From NCBI GenBank assembly GCA_018818205.1, contig JAHISJ010000024.1:17093-81092 (forward strand): a DNA stretch of 64,000 bases. The letters are read 5' to 3'. Below are positions 36,462 through 45,733 of the stretch, piece by piece. The notes beneath the pieces are model-generated. The model worked only from the letters and a program-made list of their open reading frames with translations, made no database searches and had not been told where the DNA came from. Position 1 is the first letter of the stretch. Every line of letters begins with the position of its first letter. The stretch is from Patescibacteria group bacterium. GTDB taxonomy: Bacteria; Patescibacteriota; JABMPQ01; JAHIRA01. Made by a program: the position numbers and the translations under genes.

Positions 36462-38249
36462 ATGACAGTCATTCGCACAATACTAACTCTCCTTTCACGA
36501 ATACTTCTTGGAATAGGAGCATTCGTGTGTATTGTCGTTTTTGCTATTGCTGTTCTTTACGTTACCGTCACCCTTTCATACGAAGGTGTATTCTTCCCGC
36601 GTACAACCATTGCCGACATAGACGTTTCCGGGAAAACACCCGATGAAGCGTATGCGCTGCTCAAAGAGAAAGAAACTCAGTTCCGTTCATCTTTTTCGCT
36701 TACCTTCCATGAACATGAAGATGCTGTCGCAATCGAGCAGCTTGGTTTTTCTCTCGACCCAAAAAAAACAATTGTTGACGCGTATAAAGACGGAAGATCA
36801 GGCTCGCTCATAACCGATGCTCTCCGTATAACAGAAATAACGATTCAGGGAACAGACGTACCGCTTGCATACTCAGTTGCCCCTGCTGTGTTTAACACGT
36901 ATGTGCACAATAAGCTTATTGATTGGGGTACACCACACGAAGAGGCTCGCGTGTCACTGTCTGATGACACGCTACACTATACTGAAGGCCAGCCCGGGAC
37001 GAGTGTTCATCAAAAAGCTCTGCTTTCACGACTAACAAGTGCCGTTCAAATGCTTGGTCCTGACCACGTGTCAGTACCATACGCAAAGGCTCACCCAAAA
37101 ATCGCACAAAATGAACTCATGCATGCCCGAAGCGAAGCTTTAACGCTCTCCTCTAAACCGCTTACGTTACGAATGAATGAAAAAACGTGGGAGCTCCCGG
37201 AGCGCTTCCTGAAGGATGCAGTAACCTTTAACGAAAAAAGTGAAACCGCGTCTCTTTCAAAAACCGACTATCTTGAATCTGATAATTTTGATATTGATAA
37301 TTTTATTCGTACATCACTTGGTGAATCACTGCCCTATACAAACACCGTAAGCACCGCACATCTTGACACCAATGCATTGCACACATTTATGGAAGATACT
37401 ATCGCACCAGACGTTACCGAAAAACCAAGGAACGCACGCTTTACCATTAAGGAAGATAATTCACTCGAGTTGCTCGAGGAAAGTACAAAAGGCAAGGAAC
37501 TCCTTCATAAAACGAACATCGCGTACATTGAACATGCCGCCATGGAAAATAGAAGCACGCTCAGAAACATTCCACTTCATCTTAAAATAATTGGCGCTGA
37601 TGTCACTGCTGACACCATTGATGACCTTGGCATTACCGAACTCATCGCAACCGGCGAGTCTAACTTTGCCGGCTCATCATCTGCAAGGCGCCACAACATT
37701 AATACTGGCATGAACAAACTCAATGGTGTTTTGGTAAAACCGGGAGATACCTATTCCTTGCTTGAATATCTAGGCGAAGTCGGCCCGGAAACAGGATATT
37801 TACCAGAACTCGTTATTAAGCCCGGAGAAACCATCAAAGAATATGGCGGAGGGCTATGCCAAGTCGGCACCACTATGTTTAGAGGTGCTATGAACAGTGG
37901 TCTTGAAATAACCGTGCGCCAGTGGCACTCGTATCCCGTTGAATACTACAAACCCTATGGCACTGATGCCACCATTTACAACCCAAGCCCTGATTTTAGA
38001 TTTTTTAATGACACAGAAAACTACATTCTCATCCAAGGAGAGATGGAAGGAAACACTCTCAGATTTAAATTCTATGGTAAAAAAGATGGCAGGGAAGTAC
38101 GATTTGAAGGACCAGACTATTGGGATCACGGCTGGGCAGGTCCTGGGTCACTCCGAGCGAAGTGGACACAAGTTGTTACCATGCCTGATGGAACTGAGCG
38201 CAAAAAAACATTCTACAGTTTTTATAAAAGCCCTGATTCCTATCATTAA
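36462..38249 (+). CDS. VanW-family protein with N-terminal TM anchor
   Basis: C-terminal GGGLCQVGTTMFRGAMNSGLEI...DATIYNP...FRFFNDTENYILIQ matches the VanW signature. Confidence 0.75.
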   Translation: MTVIRTILTLLSRILLGIGAFVCIVVFAIAVLYVTVTLSYEGVFFPRTTIADIDVSGKTPDEAYALLKEKETQFRSSFSLTFHEHEDAVAIEQLGFSLDPKKTIVDAYKDGRSGSLITDALRITEITIQGTDVPLAYSVAPAVFNTYVHNKLIDWGTPHEEARVSLSDDTLHYTEGQPGTSVHQKALLSRLTSAVQMLGPDHVSVPYAKAHPKIAQNELMHARSEALTLSSKPLTLRMNEKTWELPERFLKDAVTFNEKSETASLSKTDYLESDNFDIDNFIRTSLGESLPYTNTVSTAHLDTNALHTFMEDTIAPDVTEKPRNARFTIKEDNSLELLEESTKGKELLHKTNIAYIEHAAMENRSTLRNIPLHLKIIGADVTADTIDDLGITELIATGESNFAGSSSARRHNINTGMNKLNGVLVKPGDTYSLLEYLGEVGPETGYLPELVIKPGETIKEYGGGLCQVGTTMFRGAMNSGLEITVRQWHSYPVEYYKPYGTDATIYNPSPDFRFFNDTENYILIQGEMEGNTLRFKFYGKKDGREVRFEGPDYWDHGWAGPGSLRAKWTQVVTMPDGTERKKTFYSFYKSPDSYH

Positions 38250-38537
38250 AAAAAGCCCCTTTCTTCTGTAGACAAGAAAACCATCTGCAGGAACATTAGA
38301 AGCGAATCTCGTAAGAGACCGCCTCCAGACGTCCTTCAGAAAATTTCCCGAGGTGTCTACAGAAGGAAAGAGCTTTGCGTTAAAAAGTACGCTTATTTAC
38401 GGTGACTGATCATCTTAACAAAAAAACAGAGCCATGTCAAGCGTTTCTTGTAAAAATCCCTGTATACATAAATAATATGCCTACTTTAAGGGAAAAGATG
38501 GTATACTATATGAATAGTAAATCGGTAAAAAAGAGTC

Positions 38538-39563
38538 ATGATTGAAAGCAGTAAAGACAAATTAGAGAAAACTGAAAGTATTGTAAGAGATACTCAAAAA
38601 GAGGACACGGCCGAACAAAGCTTACGTCCAAAGACCTTTGATGATTTTATTGGACAAAAAAAAGTAAAAGAAAACCTCTCTATCTGTCTCGAAGCTGCAA
38701 GCAAAAGAGATGACTCGCTTGAGCATGTTCTTTTGTATGGATCACCGGGAATCGGGAAAACGAGTCTCGCCAATATCATCGCTCGCAAACAAAGTGCAAC
38801 CATTAAAACAACCGCGGGGCCTGCTATTAGCCGAGCGGGGGATTTGGCTGCTCTGCTTACCAATCTAAATGACAAGGATGTCTTATTTATTGATGAAATC
38901 CATCGATTGAACACAACGATTGAAGAAACCTTGTACGCAGCCATGGAGGATTATAAGCTCGATATTATTTTAGGCAAAGGCCCTTCGGCAAACTCCATGC
39001 GCCTTGATCTTCCAAAATTTACCCTCATTGGTGCAACAACCAGGGCCGGCCTCATTTCTGCCCCCTTAAGAACACGCTTTGGCCATGTGTACCGTTTGGA
39101 TTTTTATACCAATGAAGATATTACAAAGATTATTACCCGTTCATGTACATTACTCGACATTCCTATTAAAGAGAGTGCCGCAAAAAAGATTGCCGAGCGG
39201 TCAAGAAAAACCCCACGTATTGCGAACAGGCTCGTAAAACGTGTACGAGATTACGCTGAAGTTCATGGCGAAGGCATCATTACTAACGACATTGCTAATA
39301 AGGCACTTGGTCTCCTCGAAATAGATACTCTTGGGCTTGATGAAACCGACAGACGGCTCCTAAAGACGCTCATAGAGAAATTCTCCGGAGGCCCCGTAGG
39401 TCTTTCCACACTCGCCCATGCAACTTCAGAAGAAGAGGAAACCATCGCCGATGTCTACGAGCCCTATTTGCTGCAACTTGGCTTTTTAGAGCGGACGACA
39501 AAGGGGAGAATGGCAACGCCACGAGCGTATGAACATCTTAAACTTCCTTTCTTAGAAAAGTAA
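38538..39563 (+). CDS. ruvB: Holliday junction branch migration helicase RuvB
   Basis: Walker [16 protein letters not shown], Walker B FIDEIHRL, sensor residues. 341 aa. Confidence 0.95.
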   Translation: MIESSKDKLEKTESIVRDTQKEDTAEQSLRPKTFDDFIGQKKVKENLSICLEAASKRDDSLEHVLLYGSPGIGKTSLANIIARKQSATIKTTAGPAISRAGDLAALLTNLNDKDVLFIDEIHRLNTTIEETLYAAMEDYKLDIILGKGPSANSMRLDLPKFTLIGATTRAGLISAPLRTRFGHVYRLDFYTNEDITKIITRSCTLLDIPIKESAAKKIAERSRKTPRIANRLVKRVRDYAEVHGEGIITNDIANKALGLLEIDTLGLDETDRRLLKTLIEKFSGGPVGLSTLAHATSEEEETIADVYEPYLLQLGFLERTTKGRMATPRAYEHLKLPFLEK

Positions 39564-39575
39564 TTTAATCTGGCA

Positions 39576-40223
39576 ATGCACAGCCCAGAAACCAGCTTTA
39601 ATCCTAATAAGGAAGCACGACAATCCACGTTTGAGAAACAGCCTTCGCTGGAATCCAGTATTACAAAGGAATATGCGGCCTTAGATTTTGAGATCCAACA
39701 ATTAGCTACCACTTTTGAACAACCTTTAATTTTAGAGGAAAATATTGAGGGCCTAGTTCAGCTAAAACAAAAAATAATCGAGGATACAGATCGCTCACGA
39801 ACCCAAGAAAGCACGAGCTCCGACACAGATACTAGTAATTCTTTAAAACTAAATCAGCTTAAAAAAGAATACTCCGAAGCACTGCTTTACTCTACTGTGG
39901 AAAGACTGCTCGACCACGCATATGAAAGAGAGTTGCTTGACAAAGAAATGCTTGCTGAAGAATTTGAGGATTACGATCCTAAGGTAATGAGTGAAATATT
40001 TAGTGAGCTTCCTAAAGAGCAAACTGAACAGCTAGTCCAGTCCTGGAAAGAAAAAGCTAGAAAAAAAACATCCTTCTTTGACTACTATGATGAGTTAGAA
40101 ATTGACCTTTTTAAAGAACACCTTGAAAACCAAGAAGGCCATCCAAACGTTACCATAAAGTTTGATACAAAGGGGCTCAGCCCTGACGTCGCTGGGACTT
40201 ACTCAAAAAAAATAGAACTGTAA
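39576..40223 (+). CDS. Acidic hypothetical protein (probable N-terminal part of a frameshifted gene)
   Basis: 215-aa ORF ending in an A8 run. The downstream frame is open and coding-like (see 39576..40891). Confidence 0.45.
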   Translation: MHSPETSFNPNKEARQSTFEKQPSLESSITKEYAALDFEIQQLATTFEQPLILEENIEGLVQLKQKIIEDTDRSRTQESTSSDTDTSNSLKLNQLKKEYSEALLYSTVERLLDHAYERELLDKEMLAEEFEDYDPKVMSEIFSELPKEQTEQLVQSWKEKARKKTSFFDYYDELEIDLFKEHLENQEGHPNVTIKFDTKGLSPDVAGTYSKKIEL

Positions 40224-40444
40224 AAATAGAAAGTGCTTCACCAACCTTATCTTCTCAAACTAAGCAGTTTATAAAAAATGGTAGTCTCCTTCTCTCAACG
40301 AGTACACTGGTTCATGAAATAGTACACGACATCCAGTACTACCCAGACAAAAGAAAAAAAACAGCTGACAAGATCTCTCATGTAACCGGAGAAACACTTG
40401 CTTATTTTATAGGCAACTTCTCAGGAGGAAGTGCATTTAACAGT

Positions 40445-40891
40445 TTGTCAGAAATTTTTAATTTTCTACGCTCCGAAAAATCTCCCTATAGAGTAACCAC
40501 TAAAGATCTTTCTGATTTTGTACGCTTCGTAGATCTTTTTGCTCTTGGAGTCCCTATAAAAAACATTACTACTGAATCAAAAGATAAGGATAAAATGGCT
40601 ACATTATTTTCAAAGCAAGACAATGCGTTAAAAACTGCTGCTGACACCCTTACTCAATCAAAAGACACTGCGGTTACCTCTACTCTCCATGCTACAAACC
40701 GCATGAAAAGCCGGAAAAGAACGCACAAAAAGGAAAAGGGAACAGAAACAACCTTTCCAGACGTTCTAGAACAAAGTCAATTGGAATCCTTCTTTGAAGT
40801 ATTCACGTTACGCTTAAAAAATCAAAGGAGAAAAGCACAACTCCTGCTTATGGAAGAGGTTGAGGAGTACTATAATAAGATCAGTGCATAA
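40445..40891 (+). CDS. Hypothetical protein (probable C-terminal part of a frameshifted gene)
   Basis: ORF-track TTG start. The same frame is stop-free back to 40187 without any start codon. Confidence 0.35.
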   Translation: MSEIFNFLRSEKSPYRVTTKDLSDFVRFVDLFALGVPIKNITTESKDKDKMATLFSKQDNALKTAADTLTQSKDTAVTSTLHATNRMKSRKRTHKKEKGTETTFPDVLEQSQLESFFEVFTLRLKNQRRKAQLLLMEEVEEYYNKISA

Positions 40892-41083
40892 CGACAATAC
40901 TATGAATATCCTTGGTATGAATGCTAGCCATCGCGAAAATAGTAAGTCTTCGAGAAAAAAACATTAAACAGTGTAATGGATGTGAAAAATGTGCTAGAGA
41001 GGATTTGCTTTGAAATTAACAACGTTGCAAAGTAGAAAATGTATTCGAATAGTATGAAAAATACACCAAAAAAACCAAAGACA

Positions 41084-41112
41084 CTTGACAAAACATGTCC
41101 TTGCTGATATAC
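41084..41112 (+). promoter_or_regulatory. Sigma70 promoter (TTGACA-N17-TATACT) with ~100-nt leader before the DEAD-box helicase gene
   Basis: Perfect -35 and near-perfect -10 with a 17-nt spacer. Confidence 0.5.
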
Positions 41113-41213
41113 TATATTTCTGCAATAGATTAACTTAAAAGTAGCTCAACTCTTTCTTGCATTTTTGTGTGACCTAGAGAAACATGGGTTACACATTTTT
41201 TATAGGACAATGT

Positions 41214-42458
41214 ATGACAAAAAAAGAACTTGATACCGGTCGCTTTAGAGATCTTGGAATAGGGAAAAACCTTCTAACTATCCTCGAGAAAAAAGGGTTC
41301 GATATCCCCACACCAATTCAACATCAGATTATTCCCGGTGCTTTGCAGGGAAAGGACGTTGTTGGTATTGCACAAACAGGAACAGGAAAAACCCTGGCTT
41401 TTGGCATCCCCATGATTCAACGTATTGCTTTTTACAAAGGACAAGGGTTGATCGTCGTGCCCACCCGCGAACTTGCGCTTCAAGTAGACGAGGCCTTAAG
41501 AGACATCGGCACTCCGATAGGACTGCGCACCGTAGTAGTCATTGGAGGAGCTTCTCAACACAAACAATCAAGAGCTCTAAAACAAAGCCCCCATATTGTT
41601 ATTGCCACTCCAGGTCGCTTAGTTGACCTCATGAACCAAGGGGCATACACGTTAGATCAAGTAAAAAGCATTACTCTCGACGAGGCAGACCGCATGCTTG
41701 ACGTCGGTTTTTTACCGCAAATAAAAAGAATTTTGCAATCCGTGCCTAAAGACCGACAAACAATGCTCTTTTCTGCAACTATGCCGAAATCGATTTCAAC
41801 GCTTGCGAGCACATTTATGAAAATGCCGCTTAGAATAGAGATTGCTCCACAAGGAACGTCTGCTGAAAACGTTGAGCAAGAAGTGTTTGTCGTTACAAAA
41901 GATAATAAGATGCGTTTGCTCGATTCTCTACTGCAACAGTATAAAAACGACAAAATGCTCCTTTTTTCACGAACAAAATATGGGGCAAAACGTATTGCCC
42001 GCGATATTCGTGATATGGGTCATTCAGCAACAGAGATTCATTCCAACCGCTCTCAAGCACAAAGAAAAGCAGCGCTTGATGGATTTATACACGGGAAATA
42101 TCGTGTCTTGGTCGCAACAGATATTGCCGCTCGCGGCATTGACGTAAAAGACATCTCAATAGTGCTTAACTTTGACCTCCCCGATAATTCAGAGGATTAT
42201 GTTCATCGTATTGGAAGAACAGGGAGGGCAGGGCGCTCAGGGAAAGCCATTTCTTTTGTTACCTCCTCTCAAAAGCACGATGTGCAAAAGATCGAACACC
42301 TGATCAGAAAATCACTTCCAGTGCTATCCTTGCCAGAACTTCCCCCGCAAAGGAAAAGACCTCCCCAAGAACAACGTCAGGACCGGGGTAGAAACCGCGC
42401 TCCATACCGAGGTCGTTCATCTAAAGGTAACAGAGGCAGAGCATACCACCGAGGATAA
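41214..42458 (+). CDS. DEAD-box ATP-dependent RNA helicase with Arg/Gly-rich C-terminal tail
   Basis: Q-motif, AQTGTGKT, DEAD (LDEADRML), SAT, HRIGRTGRAG. C-terminal RGRNRAPYRGRSSKGNRGR. Confidence 0.9.
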   Translation: MTKKELDTGRFRDLGIGKNLLTILEKKGFDIPTPIQHQIIPGALQGKDVVGIAQTGTGKTLAFGIPMIQRIAFYKGQGLIVVPTRELALQVDEALRDIGTPIGLRTVVVIGGASQHKQSRALKQSPHIVIATPGRLVDLMNQGAYTLDQVKSITLDEADRMLDVGFLPQIKRILQSVPKDRQTMLFSATMPKSISTLASTFMKMPLRIEIAPQGTSAENVEQEVFVVTKDNKMRLLDSLLQQYKNDKMLLFSRTKYGAKRIARDIRDMGHSATEIHSNRSQAQRKAALDGFIHGKYRVLVATDIAARGIDVKDISIVLNFDLPDNSEDYVHRIGRTGRAGRSGKAISFVTSSQKHDVQKIEHLIRKSLPVLSLPELPPQRKRPPQEQRQDRGRNRAPYRGRSSKGNRGRAYHRG

Positions 42459-42502
42459 TCCGCAAAAAAATACCGTTTCATTTTATTAAATTTAAAAATT
42501 CC

Positions 42503-44260
42503 ATGGAAATCAGAAACATTGCTATTATTGCCCACGTTGATCACGGGAAAACAACCATTACTGACGCCCTGATGCGCCAGACAGGAGCAACAACTAATGA
42601 GTCCGTCAGCATGGACAGCAACGCGCTGGAAAAAGAGCGTGGTATTACTATTTATGCAAAAAATGCGTCCATGTTTTACAATGGTACAAAGATTAACATT
42701 GTTGACACCCCGGGGCATGTAGACTTTGGCTCAGAAGTAGAACGTGTTTTACGGTCAATCGATTCCGTACTGTTAGTAGTTGACGCGCAGGAAGGCCCCA
42801 TGCCACAGACAAAATTTGTTTTAAAAAAATCATTAGAAATTGGCCTAAATCCTCTTGTTGTTATCAATAAAATCGACAAACCTGCTGCGAGAACTAAAGA
42901 AGTCGTTGAAGAAGTGCTTGAACTGTTCATGGATCTTGGCGCAAATGACGATCAGCTAAACTTTCAAACAATGTATACCATCGGGAAAGAAGGCATCGCC
43001 AAAAAAGAATTAGATCAGGATTCAAAGGATATGGTACCCCTCCTTGATGCGATAATAGAAAATGTTGCTCCGGCACCAGCAGAAGTGGACAAGCCACTCC
43101 GCATGCAATCCTTTAATCTGGATTACGACAACTACCTTGGCCGTCTAGCAATCGCTCGAATCTATGAAGGAACAGTGAAAGAAAAAGACCGCCTTTTTAT
43201 AAAACGAGTCGATGGGACAACGCAAAAAGGAACAGTAACTGATCTCTTCACCTTTGAGGGGTTTACCAGAAAAAAAGTTGAGAGCTCTACAGCGGGCGAC
43301 ATTATCGTTGTGGCAGGATTTCCTGACGTCTGCATTGGTGATACCATGGCTACAGATGAGTCAGCCGATCTGTTACCGCACATCGCAGTCGATGAACCAA
43401 CTATTTCTTTGGGATTCATGGTAAACAATTCTCCCTTTTCTGGCCGCGAGGGAACGTTCGTAACAAATTCCCAACTTAAAGAACGTTTAGAAAAAGAATT
43501 GGAAGTAAATGTAGGGATTAAGATCGATTTTTCCCAAGCTGACCAATACACCGTTCATGGGCGTGGGGAAATGCACATTGCTATCTTGCTTGAAAACATG
43601 CGCCGCGAGGGATATGAGATACAAGTCTCTCAACCACACGTGATTTTAAAAGAAAAAGAAGGAAAAACTCTTGAGCCGTTTGAGGAGCTCATTATTGATG
43701 TACCAGAATCTCTTTCTGGCGTCGTTATCGAAAAAATTGCTAAGCGCAAAGGCACTATGATGGAAATGAAAACGCATGCTGCTGGCGCTCGGCTCGTATT
43801 TGAGATTCCAACACGAGGACTTCTTGGCCTTCGCTCAGAATTTATGACCGATACCCGAGGAGAAGGCATTATGTCTTCACGTGTTATTGGGTTTAGGCCA
43901 CATGTAGGCGACATTAAGCGCCGCGAAGTTGGTTCCATGATTTCAATGGTAAAAGGTAAAGCACTTGGCTATGCCCTATATAATTTGCAAGACCGCGGAA
44001 CTCTGTATATTGGACCAACCACGGAAGTGTATGAAGGCATGGTTATTGGAAACGTCAGTAAGGGAACAGATATGGCAGTCAATCCGACCAAAGGAAAGCA
44101 GCTCACTAATATGCGTGCATCTGGGTCAGACGATGCGTTAACTTTGACACCTCCGCTGGACCTTACACTAGAGCGCGGCTTAGAAATTATGGCTGACGAT
44201 GAGTTGCTAGAAATCACTCCTAAATCTATCAGGCTTAGAAAAAAAGTGTTGAAACAGTAG
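42503..44260 (+). CDS. typA: Translational GTPase TypA/BipA
   Basis: NIAIIAHVDHGKTT G1, DTPGHVDF G3, NKID G4. EF-G-like domains. 585 aa. Confidence 0.95.
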   Translation: MEIRNIAIIAHVDHGKTTITDALMRQTGATTNESVSMDSNALEKERGITIYAKNASMFYNGTKINIVDTPGHVDFGSEVERVLRSIDSVLLVVDAQEGPMPQTKFVLKKSLEIGLNPLVVINKIDKPAARTKEVVEEVLELFMDLGANDDQLNFQTMYTIGKEGIAKKELDQDSKDMVPLLDAIIENVAPAPAEVDKPLRMQSFNLDYDNYLGRLAIARIYEGTVKEKDRLFIKRVDGTTQKGTVTDLFTFEGFTRKKVESSTAGDIIVVAGFPDVCIGDTMATDESADLLPHIAVDEPTISLGFMVNNSPFSGREGTFVTNSQLKERLEKELEVNVGIKIDFSQADQYTVHGRGEMHIAILLENMRREGYEIQVSQPHVILKEKEGKTLEPFEELIIDVPESLSGVVIEKIAKRKGTMMEMKTHAAGARLVFEIPTRGLLGLRSEFMTDTRGEGIMSSRVIGFRPHVGDIKRREVGSMISMVKGKALGYALYNLQDRGTLYIGPTTEVYEGMVIGNVSKGTDMAVNPTKGKQLTNMRASGSDDALTLTPPLDLTLERGLEIMADDELLEITPKSIRLRKKVLKQ

Positions 44261-44356
44261 CCAATATAAAGGTTTTCCTTCTTTTCATTACTAGAACACC
44301 CGCAGTCCCTAAGAAAGCTCTAACCTTTAGTTTTAGATAGAAACAATATACACGAT

Positions 44357-44401
44357 TTCCCGGGAATTAACCGTAATAATATTTTACCGGGATTCCCGGT
44401 A
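44357..44401. promoter_or_regulatory. Two palindromic operator-like sites (TTCCCGGGAA and TACCGGGA-T-TCCCGGTA) upstream of the GHKL-ATPase gene
   Basis: Perfect 10-bp palindrome at 44357-44366 and 8+1+8 inverted repeat at 44385-44401. A degenerate third copy aattcctgg at 44419-44427. A TTGACA hexamer at 44404-44409. Confidence 0.45.
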
Positions 44402-44462
44402 ACTTGACATTTTATAGTAATTCCTGGTACACTACGTGTATTCAGTTTTTTTGACATAATCA

Positions 44463-45422
44463 ATGAAAATTCATATCCCAAACAGTGCCTTTTTAGGCAA
44501 TATTGACCCTTTTTTAAAGAACTTCAATCCGAAGGATTCAAGCCATCTTATTATTACCGCAAATAAGAAATGGATTTCTGTTCATCCCGTTGTTCTGTCA
44601 ATGATCGCCTCCCTCGGCATTATGCTGGAACCATCACAAATCAAATGTGAAAAACTTACCGCAACATCTAAACACTACCTAGAAAGGATGGGCTTATTCA
44701 AATTTTTAGGAGTAACCTCGGGCATTACAATAAACAAACATGAATCAGCAGGACGATTTATTCCGCTCACTCAAATTAAAACCTCAAAAGAGCTAACAAA
44801 CTTCATTGATGAAATGACTCCGCTGCTCCACCTTAAACCAAAACATGCAGAACCCCTTAGATATATTATGAGTGAACTAGTCCGCAATGTCTTAGAGCAC
44901 TCGTTATCAAAATTTGGTGCTATTGTCTCAGCCCAGTATCATTCAAAAAACAATACAATAAGAATTGGTATCGCCGACACAGGAATAGGTATTTGGCAAT
45001 CAATGAATAAGTCACATTCCCCTAAAAACGATCTTGAAGCCATTAGGTTAGCGTTGATTCCAGGCATTACGGGAACAACCAGGAAAGAAGGAGGCACCGA
45101 ATTTAACGCAGGAGCCGGACTTTTCTTTATCAAATCAATTGCCACTGTCAATCGTGACTTTTTCATGCTTTACAGTGGGGAAGCCATGTTCAAACTATTA
45201 AAAAGAAAGGGTGAACGTATCCAACTGCATGCCGACCCATTCAAAGATAGATGTTCTAGTAAAAAAACACTTCCTTTCTGGCAGGGAACTGTTGTAGGAA
45301 TTGATATTTCACTAGACACTACTCAAGAATTCTCTATGCTTCTTGACTTAATTAGCCAAACGTATAAAGGAGCTATCAAGGAAAGAAAAAAAGCAAAATA
45401 TAAAAAACCAAAATTCATATGA
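44463..45422 (+). CDS. GHKL-superfamily (histidine-kinase-like) ATPase with uncharacterised N-terminal domain
   Basis: N-box IMSELVRNVLEHS, G1 box IGIADTGIGI, G2 box GTEFNAGAGLFFIKS. No HisKA or phospho-acceptor domain seen. Confidence 0.6.
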   Translation: MKIHIPNSAFLGNIDPFLKNFNPKDSSHLIITANKKWISVHPVVLSMIASLGIMLEPSQIKCEKLTATSKHYLERMGLFKFLGVTSGITINKHESAGRFIPLTQIKTSKELTNFIDEMTPLLHLKPKHAEPLRYIMSELVRNVLEHSLSKFGAIVSAQYHSKNNTIRIGIADTGIGIWQSMNKSHSPKNDLEAIRLALIPGITGTTRKEGGTEFNAGAGLFFIKSIATVNRDFFMLYSGEAMFKLLKRKGERIQLHADPFKDRCSSKKTLPFWQGTVVGIDISLDTTQEFSMLLDLISQTYKGAIKERKKAKYKKPKFI

Positions 45423-45712
45423 TCCACATAAAGCTATCTAAACAGGTTGGTTCATTTGCTGAAAACAAGGACATTGCAAGAGAAATCAGATTAAAAAAGA
45501 TAGTACCTGCGCTTAAAAAAGGACAAAAAGTTGTTATAGATTTTGAGGGCATTGACTCTACAACCCAGTCTTTTATCCATGCTTTAATTAGCGACTTGAT
45601 TCGAAAAAATGGTGCCACAGTTCTTGATGAAATAAGTTTTAAGTCTTGTAATGAAACAGTCCAAAAGATTATTACCATTGTGATCGACTATATGCAAGAA
45701 AGTGAGAACTAG
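45419..45712 (+). CDS. STAS-like small protein (DUF4325-like, anti-sigma-antagonist fold)
   Basis: 97 aa. KVVIDFEGIDSTTQSFIHALISDL pattern. The ATG overlaps the upstream TGA (ATGA), indicating translational coupling. Confidence 0.55.
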   Translation: MIHIKLSKQVGSFAENKDIAREIRLKKIVPALKKGQKVVIDFEGIDSTTQSFIHALISDLIRKNGATVLDEISFKSCNETVQKIITIVIDYMQESEN

Positions 45713-45733
45713 GCTATCCACCAACCATATACA

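Larger units (their letters stand above)
39576..40891 (+). pseudogene. Candidate single gene (~450 aa, contains HEIVH HExxH motif) interrupted by a -1 frameshift at the A8 homopolymer 40205-40212
   Basis: Frame 2 is open from 40187 to 40891 (235 codons) but has no ATG/GTG/TTG before 40445. Its translation ...STLVHEIVHDIQYYPDKRK... is protein-like. The shift maps to the A8 run; 9 As would restore one frame. Confidence 0.5.

Noticed and set aside
38280-38360. Possible SRP (4.5S) or RNase P RNA in the VanW-ruvB spacer
   Set aside because: Could not find the conserved SRP domain IV (GGAA tetraloop / AGGAAGCAGC) or the RNase P GGAAAGTCCGGGCUCC motif. Kept only as an unexplained inverted repeat.
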